DNA from: Caecitellus pseudoparvulus
Lineage: Eukaryota; Protista; Bigyra: Bicosoecida
Assembly: GCA_965644315.1 (NCBI GenBank)
Contig: CBFFRQ010000086.1
Span: forward strand, 1-64,000
Reading direction: 5' to 3'
Length of the DNA stretch: 64,000 bases
Positions 36,601-47,300 of the stretch are shown here, piece after piece. The notes beneath the pieces are model-generated. The model searched no databases, had not been told where the DNA came from, and saw only the letters and a list, made by a program, of their open reading frames with translations. The number at the start of each line of letters is the position of its first letter. Within the stretch, counting starts at the first letter, position 1. The position numbers and the translations under genes are program-made.

Positions 36601-36736
36601 GGAAGGAGGCACGCATGTTGGTGGCTCTGATTCAGACGCTGCGTCTGTGCAGCAGCTGGCAGGGGCAGAGCCAGGCACAGCCACAACGCCTGTGCTGGCT
36701 GCAGCTGACCCCGCGGAAACACTCCTCGTGACTTGA
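33668..36736 (+). CDS. Hypothetical protein of about 1,020 aa with one N-terminal hydrophobic segment
   Basis: 3-kb open frame filling the space between neighbours; hydrophobic segment AVLGCILGCVLTFAFM; no motif recognised. Confidence 0.7.
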   Translation: MQVVDVVQISGVSPGAVLGCILGCVLTFAFMKGLWGTFDLTTKFVQGMWKTILGLPAVEAEPAGLPPPPPSPRTSPPAETVDTTATKATTGAGTGHNRRAPAPQASVLAAATGIAGLHVDTQLHGDHANRGGGPTLHSAPARRMRSITGSTGSSFPPRVGSEDSHAPTGVAGEAAEGGEGGGGHPLQVRRPPLHLLEGSLFLLRHLAAVRSLITNAAAAAALREEPDASTPTSATRRGPRDAQGRPLPAPAADAARAVHAAFHTLPGNVLAELALSHALRVNAPLVGQGGVGEGIGPFHPPLPITTHLLPSLPGLKRVPEQDHGRSQLARGGTQFRVDEGVFLTPPCHLSKPRPAPAPASARAREGGDARPLSIPVPTFVHVSPSAHSIAGCPQSWLTLLSRTFGLEMPQRQGGRHAVDITGRVSLMRVGFAVYCKQAWLEHPSAAAGVRPMQSSCSETTARLAFYLLTCTFPPRCMWLDDRADLPSPRAAFGHLLRVIKTRLNTSVSFCRVALPMSSEDMAGVFSKGQAAPSTAILRRLGSRPQLQFGPAEGSQTEPVARFDDDEAMLPSNLCFLLVKPGVNDPEAAAAAGGRVALIVSCGGVSNVVVRWLQPTVAALQAALKHITRVDLDLSLYHATVHSHVFGEAVTDLQVEALATSHAVAIRAAALSAPPKAAPTPRRGFFAWLRGSSSQPAEKLPVSELEGARANDALHDPSRQFRPPWRSPEPTPAYTLGMPLQEAGQQAGQAFHPHNARTASANAVEEPPGKAQGALPLLSLLQYHCGLPRHAARQHILEPASLVPPLQQRQQGASVEEVGSGQGLAGCTNVSCVGGTLAWLSDPLYASEALTVSTSLGKSGMEHLSLTATTHLAYIMLVQFTRGVLNPTSEVMQAFPSQVAVLHTRLAIALDSGRLAPPDICNLLRAQPVAGVVGRAPPKGSPGREDNPRGLSAAALAEPSLPELLDLTTRAHSRLQQELEGGTHVGGSDSDAASVQQLAGAEPGTATTPVLAAADPAETLLVT

Positions 36737-36834
36737 GCCGCCTTCAGTGATGCTTGGAGACTGGCGGCGCAATGCATGTTTTGTATGTGCGCAGCAGTTG
36801 CATTGAAGCTTGGAACGCAGGCCAGGGGGGCGCG

Positions 36835-37663
36835 CTACCTGATTGCAGCCGATTCCCCAGACATCATCCAGACCAGGGAGCCGATGCCAGTGACGCCAAG
36901 CAATGTGCACATGGAGTACAAGAAGACGTAGAAGAAGAAGAGGTTGTTACCCGCCACTGCCTTGCCCATCCAAGGGCAGTGGTGGTCATACTCCCGCACA
37001 CACACTCCATTCGCGCTGCAGTGGATGGCCCCTCGGCTCCGCCAAGTGTTGCAGTGCCCACACAAGGCGTGGTCGAACTCCCCACGCTCCATCAGCTGCA
37101 GGCGCTGGTCCTCGGCCTCTTCCGGGGATTGTGCCGGCAAGATCCCAGGGTTTGACCAGGACACGAGGGCCAGGGAGCCAAAGGTGACCAGCATGAGCAG
37201 CGCCTGCACCACCACCAGTGCGATGTGCAAGACGGGCGCGACGAAGATGAGGAACAAGATGGACGGCACTGACACGAGGCCCCAGGTGACGGTGTTGCAG
37301 GGCCAATCAGGGCCGATGAGACCTGTGGAAGGCGAAGAGGGCGCACAACGTCCAGCTTGGCGGCCCTCATGGCAAGAGCAGGTCGCCACACCACTCACAG
37401 ATGAATGGGAAGTAACTTCGCAGGCCCGTTGCGTGCACTGAGCCGCAGAGCAGGCGGTTATTGCCGACCATCTTGCCACAGCAAAAACACGTGGCTGCCC
37501 CAGTGCTTGGCAACGTGCCCCTGGAGTACTGTGCCCAGTATGGACTGTCTTTGTACTTGGCCGGCACACCGTGCCTGCCTTCCGCGGAATTCGAGGCGGA
37601 GGAGGACATGTCACTGCCTTGCCCAGCTTCAACGGGATGCTGCTCCAGGACATGGGCGTCCAT
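36835..37663 (-). CDS. DHHC palmitoyltransferase; 2 exons
   Basis: IGPDW, two TMs, SWSNPGILP, CGHCNTWRSRGAIHCSANGVCVREYDHHCPWMGKAVAGNNLFFFYVFL. Intron at 37323-37398. Confidence 0.93.
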
Positions 37664-37982
37664 CCTTCGAATCTCGTGAGGAGATGAATCGGTCTCCTCG
37701 CTCGTTTGCAGCAGGGGATCGCTTGGGCTCAACATGCGCTGCGTCGGCTGGTCTCTGGCAACGCCTTGCCAGTCTCTGCCTCCCGCAAAGTCAATCTGCA
37801 AGCTGAAACAAACTTAGACCTACCCCGCCGAGCATGGCCTGTTCGAATGAAGGAACCTTCATGTCGCTGCAGGCTCCGCCGGTTGAGCACCGCTGTGATT
37901 TGTGCGCTCGTCACTCTTGCTCCGGCCGCCGGGAAGGGACTGCGTTTAGGGAGGCCTCCCCTGAGGCACGCCACACGAAGCC

Positions 37983-38579
37983 ATGCAAGGGAGCGGTGGC
38001 CTGGTGGACTACGGCACTGATTCCAGTTCTGACTCCGACAGTGGTGATGGGGAGGTGGTGCTGGGGCGCACAACGCCGCTCGCGGCTCGTGCTGGCGCTG
38101 AGCCGAATTCCGCACAGGCAGCAGCTGCGCCCCAACCCACGTCACAAGCTGTTCCTGCAGACGTAGCAGCTGCTTCAAGTGATGCCAGCATGCAAACTCG
38201 TGAAAGTGAATCTGATCAGCCTGCATTGCATGCTTTGGAGGGCCCAAGCATGCCTGCTCCAGCTCCTGCGGGACCCTCGGTCGCATCGCAGCTTGGAGCG
38301 CGCTTCGAGCGCTTTGCACAGCTGACTGCGCAAGGGCACGACTTAGTGGACAGCTTGAAGCAGCGCAGGATTGCTGTGCGCCCACCTCATGACGCTGCCA
38401 CGGCCGGCGTCGAAGAGTACTGCAGCACACTGCCCTTCTCCGCACCGCTAGAGACCTGGGCCAGGCCCACACATGACCACCTGCACCAACAGGCACTGCG
38501 TGACCGTGCGGATCTGGAACGCCTTCGGGCAGCATTTCCCCACCTGCGATCACAGGGCGCCTTTCACAGCAGCGGTTGA
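37983..38579 (+). CDS. SAP30-binding protein / HCNGP-like
   Basis: N-terminal GLVDYGTDSSSDSD, then LGARFERFAQLTAQGHDLVDSLKQRR...GVEEYCSTLP, resembling the HCNGP core. The usual FRNP motif is absent. Confidence 0.55.
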   Translation: MQGSGGLVDYGTDSSSDSDSGDGEVVLGRTTPLAARAGAEPNSAQAAAAPQPTSQAVPADVAAASSDASMQTRESESDQPALHALEGPSMPAPAPAGPSVASQLGARFERFAQLTAQGHDLVDSLKQRRIAVRPPHDAATAGVEEYCSTLPFSAPLETWARPTHDHLHQQALRDRADLERLRAAFPHLRSQGAFHSSG

Positions 38580-38595
38580 CGTCAAGCTTTGGTTT

Positions 38596-39659
38596 TCATG
38601 TCATCTCCCACTGCGACCAATGCGGTTGAGGGGTTTGGGCGACACGCCTCTCTCCGGCCCCTGGCAGTTGCTGCACGGCATGCAGCGTGTGTGCAGCGCG
38701 GCCACGAGCAGTTGCACTCAGTTGTTGTGGGAACTGTGCATCAAACACGTGGGAGTTGTCGCCAATCGGTTGTGGGTCGCTGGGCAGCCGGGGCGGCCCT
38801 TGCACCGCCACGCTCGTGGAAGGCTGGTTGATGCGCAATGCGGCCTTGGCTGTGCGGCTGTGGGCCTGCTTCGCACGCCAAGTGTACTCCCACGCCGGGA
38901 CGTCCACCATGTATGCCTGAGTGGAGTGCACCTGCCCGCCCACAGGCGACGTCGCCCCCCAAGCGCCCTGCTGCGTCACGTCCACCTGGGGAGGGAATGC
39001 ATACTGCCCCAGCCTGCGTGCCGAGCGGCCCTGACTCGTGTGGGAACCCACCCTGCATGCCACACTCGTAGCAGCCGACGTTGGCTGCCCCTTTCCAGCC
39101 AGCACCTCCCCTGCCTCAGCCAGGGAGGCTGGCTGCGTTGCGGCATTGTACCAAGTTCGCAGAGAGGACAGCGCCCAAAAGTTCGCAGTGGCTGAGCAGC
39201 GCGGCCGAATAGAGTCCGCACGATCAACCAGACGCTGGCCAGCATCCAGCATGCGCGTTTCCTCATGCGACCTCTTCCGCCTCTCAAGCAGTGCGCTGGA
39301 AACTGAGCGGCGTGCAGTCGCCTTGGCATCTTCTTGGGCAACGCGCACGTTTCGTGCTGCGTGTTCTACATCGTACCGAAGCCGCCGAATCTGAGCACAG
39401 AAGGAGGTGGGGAACATGTTCAGTGGATCTGTTGCAGGGTTTCTACGCAGTTCCTTACCTTTGCCTCTGAGCGGGCATGCTGCTGATGCAGTTTTCTCAA
39501 CGCAGGCAAAGCCGCCGCACTGAGGGGCATGCGGCCTGTGCCAGCGGCCAAACCAAACCCAGCAGGAGGAACGGGCACTTCAGCCCCACTCTGCTTCAGC
39601 TTGGGGTTCAGTACTGCCTCTGGCACAAAGTGCCGCTGAAGGGTGGCGTGGCTGGACAT
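38596..39659 (-). CDS. Hypothetical protein; 2 exons
   Basis: ATG 39659 (MSSHATLQRHF...). A 68-nt GTAAGG...CAG intron at 39391-39458 joins it in frame to IRRLRYDVEH...; no family recognised. Confidence 0.55.
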
Positions 39660-39905
39660 GTTTGGCGCTGGTCTCCCGAGGGCGTGTTGACTCCGGTTCA
39701 ATTTCCGCAGGGCGCGGCTTTCAGTCCACACCAGAGCACCAGCAACGTAGAGGAGCTCACGGGAGTAAAGTTGGGTACAGTCACCGTCCTATCTGTGGCA
39801 GGTCGCGGGGCTAGGTCAATTGGTGGGGATGTCGACAAACGACCCAGGTGCGCGGAAAGTGCGAAGATAGCATGCATTGCTGCGACGCTCCGCACCGCCG
39901 TGGAT

Positions 39906-41042
39906 TCACTGGCTCGCAAGCCACCACATGATGAGCGGCTGCAGCCCACCGGCAGCGAGAATGGCGTAGTTTCGGTTGGGGTTGCTTGCCGTGCCAGGTG
40001 GCACGGCTGCCTGCAGCGTCTGCACCAGGAAGAATGCCATGGCAGCTGAGGTGTACAGCAGAGCTACATAGAACCCAATGCTCCCCAGCAGCAAGAAGGC
40101 CAGCGTGGAGAGCACGATGCCGACGTACTTGTAGCCGCCCAGCGCCACGAGGTCGAGGAGAGGCGGAGGGGTGGCGGCGGCGAGGAAGAGGCCGAGGCGC
40201 AGGGCGCCCAGCTCGAGGAGCTGCGTGACCAGGGCGGCAGAGGTGGCATTCACCAGCGTCTCTGGCGTGAACTGTGTCTGTGTGCCGTGTGCGACGCCTG
40301 TGAGCAGGACGAACGTGACCAGCGCCATGCACGGAATGTACAGGTCGGGCGCGTTGGGGTCGGCAACTGGCAGCACAGGTGCTTCCGGCTCTTGTTCAAA
40401 GCCGTCTTTTGCGTGCCTTGCCCACTTGCGCTTGCGGAAGGGGAAGAGCAGTGTCTGCAGGCGCCGGGAGACAAAGCAGAGGGTTTCAACGCTGAAACGC
40501 TGGCAGACACGTGACGGCTGCCGCGGGCGTGCACCCGTGCGCAGCATGACACACCTTGAGGCGCTCGATTACAAAGTTATTGTTCACCTGAAAGTACACT
40601 TGCAGTGACAGCCACAGCGCTTGTGCTCCTGTGGAGTCGAGTCGCCCCGGCCGTTGAGCAGCCGGTGCACAGCAGTGTGAGCGTGAAACTCACCTGGCAC
40701 GTACTGCGCAGCAAGGGACTGCGCCTGTGCGAGGCCAGCCCGCGCTGCCATTTGACCCGCCGCAGCTGCAACATCAGATGAACCTTCTCCTCCGAACAGC
40801 CCCGATGCCATGCTGCCTTGCGCTGGCCTGTGGTGCATGCCGACGCCCACGCCTGACGGGCTCGTGGCTGCTGGCGCGGGCGGCGGGCCGAAGCCACTGC
40901 CCGGTTGCCGTGGGGCTGCAGCAGGGGCAGGAGCAGGCGCAGTCGGTGCCTGGCCAGGATTGAACATGCTCGGCTGTCCTGTAAAGCCACCTTGGTGTGC
41001 AGGGAACCCTTGCTGCTGGGCGCCCATGTGTGGCGCTGCCAT
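39906..41042 (-). CDS. YIF1: Yif1 family ER-Golgi transport protein; 3 exons
   Basis: YFQVNNNFVIERLK|TLLFPF, hallmark D.NAPDLYIPCMALVTFVLL, LDLVALGGYKYV and 5 TMs. Introns at 40629-40693 and 40455-40554. Confidence 0.93.
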
Positions 41043-41239
41043 GCCTCCTTGACACCTTTGCAGCCGCGTTCCCCAAGACCCAACAAAACGAACAAGGAGT
41101 ACTCCCACTTTTGGGGGGACTGTTGCCCGTAAATCGTCTTCTGCCGAGGACCGCGGTTGGATTGTGGAGTGGGAGGGCTCTTGCGTGTGGCAAGGAACGC
41201 GAGTGGTCGAGGTGCGGAAATTGCTTACCTTTGCCAAGC
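41043..41239. promoter_or_regulatory. Putative compact bidirectional promoter (YIF1 / cytochrome b5 reductase)
   Basis: 197 bp of lower-GC sequence between two divergent start codons. Similar divergent spacers lie at 24897-25294, 37664-37982 and 43886-44368. Inferred from geometry only. Confidence 0.5.
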
Positions 41240-42193
41240 ATGGATGCCTTGGACCTGCTCGTGCAGCATGCGACTACGACGGAAGGGGCAGTGGCTATTG
41301 CCTGTCTAGTGGTTGGTCTCATAGCCATCTTTGCCTTGGTACGACCTGCAGCCGCAAAGTCGGGCGAATCTCCGACGGGTGGACCTCTGCAGTTGACCCC
41401 GTTCTCCCACGGCAAGGCACTCGACCGCCTGAAGTGGCGCCACCTGCGGCTCGTCCACGCGGAGAAGACTTCCCACAACACCCGACTCCTGCACTTTGAG
41501 CTAGAACCAGATGAAGACCTCTCTGTGCTTCCGGTGGGGCGCCATGTCACCGTGGCGGCAGAGATTGATGGTGAGCTGGTCAAGCGGCCTTACACGCCCA
41601 TCTCCATGCCATCAGAGCGTGGGCGGGTGGCGTTGCTGATCAAGATGTACCGTGTGGGCGCCATGTCCAAACATCTGTTCGAGCTGCCCCTGGGGTCCTA
41701 CATTGGCATGCGTGGCCCCATCGGCCGGCACACGTACGTGCCCAACCAGCACTCACACCTGCTCATGCTGGCTGCAGGCACGGGCCTGACCCCCATGCTG
41801 CAAATCATCCGCTGTGGCTTGGAGGACCCCAGTGACACCACGTGCTACACGCTGTTTTTCCAGAACCGAGAGCAGCGTGACATCCTCTTGCTCTCAGACC
41901 TGCGCCAGCTGTCGCAAGCACACCCAGACCGCCTGGCAATCGCGCTGTACCTCTCTCGCGTCCCGGATGAAGGCTCTTGGGAAACAGAAGATGGCAGACA
42001 GCGAGAGGGCTACATCACGCGCCGAGATCTGCAAGAGGAGTTGTCGGCGCGTGCTGCTGGTGGCCTTGCCTGGGGCGGCGAAGGTGCAGCAACGCAGCAA
42101 GTGCTCGTGTGTGGCCCGTCTGGCTTTTGTGACTGCATGGTGGAGCTCGCCGACAAGTGCGGCGTCACGAAGGAAAATATCAAGGTGTTCTAA
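41240..42193 (+). CDS. NADH-cytochrome b5 reductase, N-terminally membrane-anchored
   Basis: TM anchor, SHNTRL, LPVGRHV, RPYTPIS (FAD), IKMY..GAMS, RGPIG, MLAAGTGLTPMLQII (NADH), LVCGP and terminal F. Confidence 0.95.
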   Translation: MDALDLLVQHATTTEGAVAIACLVVGLIAIFALVRPAAAKSGESPTGGPLQLTPFSHGKALDRLKWRHLRLVHAEKTSHNTRLLHFELEPDEDLSVLPVGRHVTVAAEIDGELVKRPYTPISMPSERGRVALLIKMYRVGAMSKHLFELPLGSYIGMRGPIGRHTYVPNQHSHLLMLAAGTGLTPMLQIIRCGLEDPSDTTCYTLFFQNREQRDILLLSDLRQLSQAHPDRLAIALYLSRVPDEGSWETEDGRQREGYITRRDLQEELSARAAGGLAWGGEGAATQQVLVCGPSGFCDCMVELADKCGVTKENIKVF

Positions 42194-42206
42194 TCCATTA
42201 TTCCCC

Positions 42207-43885
42207 TCACCGCGCGCTTCGCTCACGCTGACTTGCGCCGCCTCCCATCTGGGCAGGGTACGTGTAGCTCACATCTGAACTGCCCACACCGCCCACCCTT
42301 CCTGTAGTGTAGGCTGCGTAAGGATCATCAGAGATCTGCAAGGCGCTACCTTGGCTCCCTTGCCCCACCTGGGTGTACACAGCATAGGGATCATCCTGTG
42401 CACCGCCTTGTGCTTGGTCTGACTCGCCAGTTCCGCCAACACCATTCGAGCGGACTTCCACAGGATCAAGCTGAAGCGAATCCATGCCGCGTCCATCCCC
42501 GCCTATTCTTCCACCCCCACCATAGGCAGGCGGACCCCCTCCACTCCCGCCATACGCAGGTGGACCCCCTCCACCGCCATACGCAGGTGGACCCCCATCT
42601 CCACCGCCATACGCAGGTGGACCCCCATCTCCACCGCCATACGCAGGTGGACCTCCCCCTCCACCGCCATACGCAGGTGGACCTCCCCCTCCACCGCCAT
42701 ACGCAGGCGGACCTCCTCCTCCACCGCCATACGCAGGCGGACCTCCCCCTCCACCGCCACCGCCTCCCCGTCCACCACTACCACCGTATGCAGGTGGACC
42801 CCTTCGGTGCTCATGCTCGTTTGGCTGACTGTGCCACCTAGCATTGCGAGCATGCGCTGGCCAGTGGTCGTCAACCATGTGTCTATTCCTTGCGTGCCTT
42901 TCAGTGTGTCCATTTCCATGCGGTGGTGGCTGCCACCCTCGTGGAGCCATGCCTGGGTGGCCACCTACGCTGTTGGCGGGCCGGGGCTGCACTGCTCCTC
43001 GGGCCTGAGCCTCCTTAATGTCCAAGGTTCGCCCATCTACAGTTGGCGGAGGGGCCTGCAGCGCAGCCTGCATGCACTGGAACTCCACGAAGGTCACGAA
43101 CCCGAAGCCCCGTGAGCGGCCGGTGGCTCGGTCCTGCATCACCACCGCATCACTTAGCCGCCCAAACACTGCAAACATGTCCCCTAAGTCCTGAGTGGTC
43201 ATGCTCTGAGGAAGACCACCAATAAAGAGTTTATTTTCAGGGACTGTGCCCATGCGCCCGGCAGGCGGGCGCACCTGCCCCCTTCCGTGCTCAGCAGTGC
43301 GGCGCCTGCCAGCCGCTGCTCTAGCTGGCTGTGGCGGGGGCTGGCTGCCCTTTGGGAAGGCTGGTTTGAGCTCCACATCTCTTCCATCCAACAGGAAAGA
43401 ATCTCTGTCTGCCAAAGCCCTGTCGGCAGCTGCAGTGGGCAAGAGAATGGGGGCACGTTCGGTATCGCTGGTTCGTGAGGTGCTCAAAGCTACGCCGCAC
43501 CTGCTGCGTTCGAAAAAACGACAAATCCAAAGCCACGAGGGCGGCCGCAAGAGGAAATGTGCACAGCCTCTTCCACCTCGCCGTAAGGGGCGAAGGCAGC
43601 CCTCAGCTGGGGCTCTTGTGTTGCTGCCGAAAGGCCGCCCACAAAGAGCTTCCGCGTGACGGGAGCCGGAGCTGGTTTGCTGCCCTGAACGCCGGTCGAC
43701 AGGGATGCAGGCTGTAGAGACGAAGCTTTTTTGTCTATATGATTGGGTCCAGAACTCGTCTCTGTGAAAAGGGCGTGCCCACAGGGTGCACACAGCTGCG
43801 CGGTGGTCAGCCACAGGACTGAGCTTCTCAAGCTCGCACCATTTGAGTTTACTGGCCCAGCTTTGGCGTCGGCTCCCTCTTCCAT
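42207..43885 (-). CDS. Two-RRM RNA-binding protein (hnRNP A/Musashi/DAZAP1-like) with a Gly-rich PPAY-repeat tail
   Basis: RRM1 KLFVGGL...RGFGFVVF and RRM2 KLFIGGL...RSRGFGFVTF are joined by intron 43430-43500. There is a probable in-frame intron at 43762-43839. Confidence 0.9.
42515..42802 (-). repeat. About 30-bp coding tandem repeat encoding GGPPAYGGG(G/D), 9 PPAY units
   Basis: ccaccgccatacgcaggtggacc... repeats with a 30-bp period. Confidence 0.95.
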
Positions 43886-44368
43886 GGCACACAGTGGCTA
43901 AAGCAAGTAATGTTTGCCCTCTACAGAAAGAAATCCGCGGAAGGCACGCGTTCAGCGCCTTGCGCACGGACGCCAGTGGCGTTGAGCGCTGCAAATACCG
44001 CACTGAGACAGGAGTGCATTCAAGTGACTCAAGGCATGCATCCAGAGCATGCACGGGGGACCTAGACGTATCCACCAGTAACAGAGTAAAGGTTCAGTCC
44101 GTGCATTGTGTGCCATGCCGAAGAATGTGGCAAAAAGCCGCGCTTGCTTTGGTCCAAGTTGCAGCGGAAATTGGCACGAGAGACAGGAGAGCTAAGTGGG
44201 CACAACCGTGCCGCTGAATGACAGGCCGCAGGAAACACACGAAGTCCTGCGTGCAGTGTCTTACTTGGATTCGATTTACACTTGTGGAGAAGCGAGCCGG
44301 GGTCATCGCCCCAAGCCCTTGGCCTTGAGACATTTCTCTTGGGCACCCACGCAGGGATTGCAGCAGGC

Positions 44369-47300
44369 ATGGCGGACCAGGTGAATCGCTGGCTGCAAAA
44401 GGAGTTGGGGGTGATCCCCGCACCACTGCATAGCTTCGAGGTTGCGTTTGCGTCGGGGAAGCTCCTTGGGAAGGTGTGCGCAGCGCTGGGTCTGCTGGAT
44501 GAGGAAGTCGCTGGCAGCCTTGAGGAGGGAGCGTCTAGTGGCGCTCGAGTGCGCAACTTCAAGAAGGTGGCAGGCGCCATCACTGCCAGTGGAGTAGCAT
44601 TGGATGGAAGGCTAATCAAGGATGTCATGACGGAGGCAAGGGGCGCCGCTGTCAACCTGCTGCTGCGGGTGAAGGATGCAGCCGAAGGCGCCTCTGAGAA
44701 ACGCTCAGCAATGCTGGCGGCAGCGGCTCAACGGGCGCTGGCTGGCGCTACTGTTCGCGATGCAGCTGCATCAGGGACTCGTGCCAAACTGTCTGAAATC
44801 GAGGCCCAGCGCACACCGGTGGAAGCTGCCCTCGCAGCTGGCGTGCCTCGCAAGCAAGTGTTGCTGGTGGCCCGCCTGCAAAAGTATGAGCAGCAGCGGG
44901 TGCAGGCTGAGAGGGCTGCTGATGAGGCAGCAGCACTGGCGTCCGCTGCTGGTGCTTCCTCTGCATCCATCATGCGTGACGCGCAGCGCGCAGCTCGCCA
45001 GGTGAAGCGGGAGTGGCTCACCCAGCACCTGGCAGAAGGTGAGAAAGCGTGGGCTGAGAACCAGCGGAAGTTCCTGGCTCGGCAGCAGGCTGACCTGGCG
45101 GCGGAGCTGGGCGCAGCTGCGGCAGCGGAGACCAAGGCCCATAACGCCATGGTGAGGGCAACGCGTGAGGCGCGATCTGGCATCGCGCAGATGGAGGACA
45201 CCATCCGCCGCCTGGGCGCCGGACCCGGGGGAGGACCGGGGGCGGCTCAGGACGAGGATGACGGGGGCCTGAACCCCCCGCCGCCCCTGGACACGACACA
45301 GGTGAACCCGTCTCGGGCCCGCTCAGCCCGGGCAGCCGCAGGGCAGGGGGGGCATGCCACCCCCATGGAGGTCAGTCTTCGCACGGCGTCTGCGGTGGCC
45401 AACCCGCTGTCGTGGGGCGCCATGGGGGGGCGGGGCTTGCCCACAGCGGGGCTCCTGCCGCCCCCCTCGTCCACCCACGCTTCGCTGGCGCACAGCCAGG
45501 CTGCCGCCTCCTCGCCCGAGCACCCGACGGCGTATTTCGCGCGCATGGAGGCCAAAGCAGGAGCGCATGAAGACAAGGAGGCGGCGAGCGAGCTCATGGC
45601 GACGATCAAAGATCGTGCGGCTGGCGTGGCCAAGGCCAGGCGCGAACGTGCCACTCGAGAGCGCCTCACTGGCGCACGGGCTGCTGCCATGGCGGTAGAG
45701 GCTGCCCAGAAGGTGGCCGTGGACAGGGAGGTTGCGCTGTACGTGGCCCAAGGGACAGCCTTGCGGGCCGAAGCCACCCAGGCCTGGGTGGCGCGCACCC
45801 TCAAGGCCAGACGCGTGGCGTCTGCCGCCGCTGAGGCGGTCGAGGCTGACGCGCGCCGGGCTGTGGACACCGCGCATGCTCTGCAGCTCGCGGCGGAGGC
45901 TGCCGCAGACGCCAAGGCAGCTCGAACGCAGCGCCTGTCGGCCGTGTACGCGGCTGCCGCCGCCACACGCCAAGCAGAAGCAGCGGCGGCGCATGCTGAG
46001 GCCGTGGCTACGGTGCAGCACACACTGCAGCTGCTTGTGGACCTGGCGGTGGAGGCGTCTCCCCCGCCTGGCCCTTCTTCCAGAGGGGCGGGCGGTGTGC
46101 CCCCGCCCCTGCCCCCGGCCACGTGGCGCCGCTTGAAGGCTGAGTTCGTTTCTGGGGCCATTGCTGAGCGGGGCAGGCGCGAGAAGGCGGCAGCTGCCAC
46201 TCAGGCTGCGCTGCGTGCGAACTCTGCCGCCGCCCTGCCGACAACCAGCCTGCCCACCGCCCTCGCAGCCGGAGGCGCCACCACGCCGGCCTTGCCCAGC
46301 GTGCTGTGGGGGCGCGTGGTGGGGGCGGACGCGGTGCAGGTCCTGGCACGCGGTGAGCTGCAGGGTGCGCACAGCAAGCCTTTGCCACAGCTGGCCCCCC
46401 TGGGCCAGCCCCCCCCCTGTCCCCTCATTGAGGCCCCCCAGGACCACGCCCGCCTGGCGCTGCAGAACAGCACCGTGGACAGCCCGGCCCTGAGTCAGTC
46501 GCCCCTCAGCAGGCTTCTGCAGGGGCTGGCCCTGCGCACGGAGGAGGATGCGGCTGAGGGGCCATGCGGCTGGAACAGGGGGGGCACTGCGCCAGCCGCA
46601 GTGCAAGCCTGGGCGCGAGACGGTGAGCCCCAGTGGGAACTGAACCGGCATGTGGGGACACGAGGGGATGTGGACATGGGAGGGGGGCTGACGCTGGCCC
46701 TGGCGGCCCCCCCCCTCCCCCTCCTGCGGCCCCCTCCCTCCACCCCTCCCACTGCCATCGCGCTCCTGGGGAGTCACCAACGGGCAATCCTCCCAGCTTG
46801 CAAGGCGGTGGCAGCAGCCTTGGCCCTGCCTTGCCTCGCGCCCGGCACGGTGGTGCAGCTGGCAGTGGCTGCGTCTCGCGTCGCCGCCCTGGCTCACGCC
46901 TGTGCCAGGCGCCTGGCTGAAGCACGGGCTGCCGCAGCCCACAGTGCCATTGCTGAGTGGTGTGCAGCAGCTGGGGGGGGCAAGGGTGCCCCCACCGCTG
47001 CCGCCCTGCAGGGCCAGCCCATTGACGCTCTGCCTGGGGAGCTACGGGCGACATTGGCTGCCGAGCAAGGCGCTGCAGTGACGCAACTGGCGCCCGATGT
47101 GAGCTCGACCCTAGATCGCACGCAAGCTGTTCTCACCGCCGTGCCGGCCGCACTACGCCCTGCCTTGCACCACCTAGCACTCAGCGCGCTGCCAGTGGCA
47201 CTGGCGGCGGTGGGCTGCATCCCGCCCCTGGCCACGCCCGGGCCGCCCGGGAGCGCGCCTGGTCTGTCCTACCTCGGCCCATCCCAGGACCCTGCCTTCC

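Noticed and set aside
42207-44075. 622-aa ORF-track model, and similarly the track starts at 20251, 25273, 27740, 40997 and 44282
   Set aside because: These N-termini are read-through of introns, UTR or the wrong frame; spliced ATG models fit conserved motifs better.
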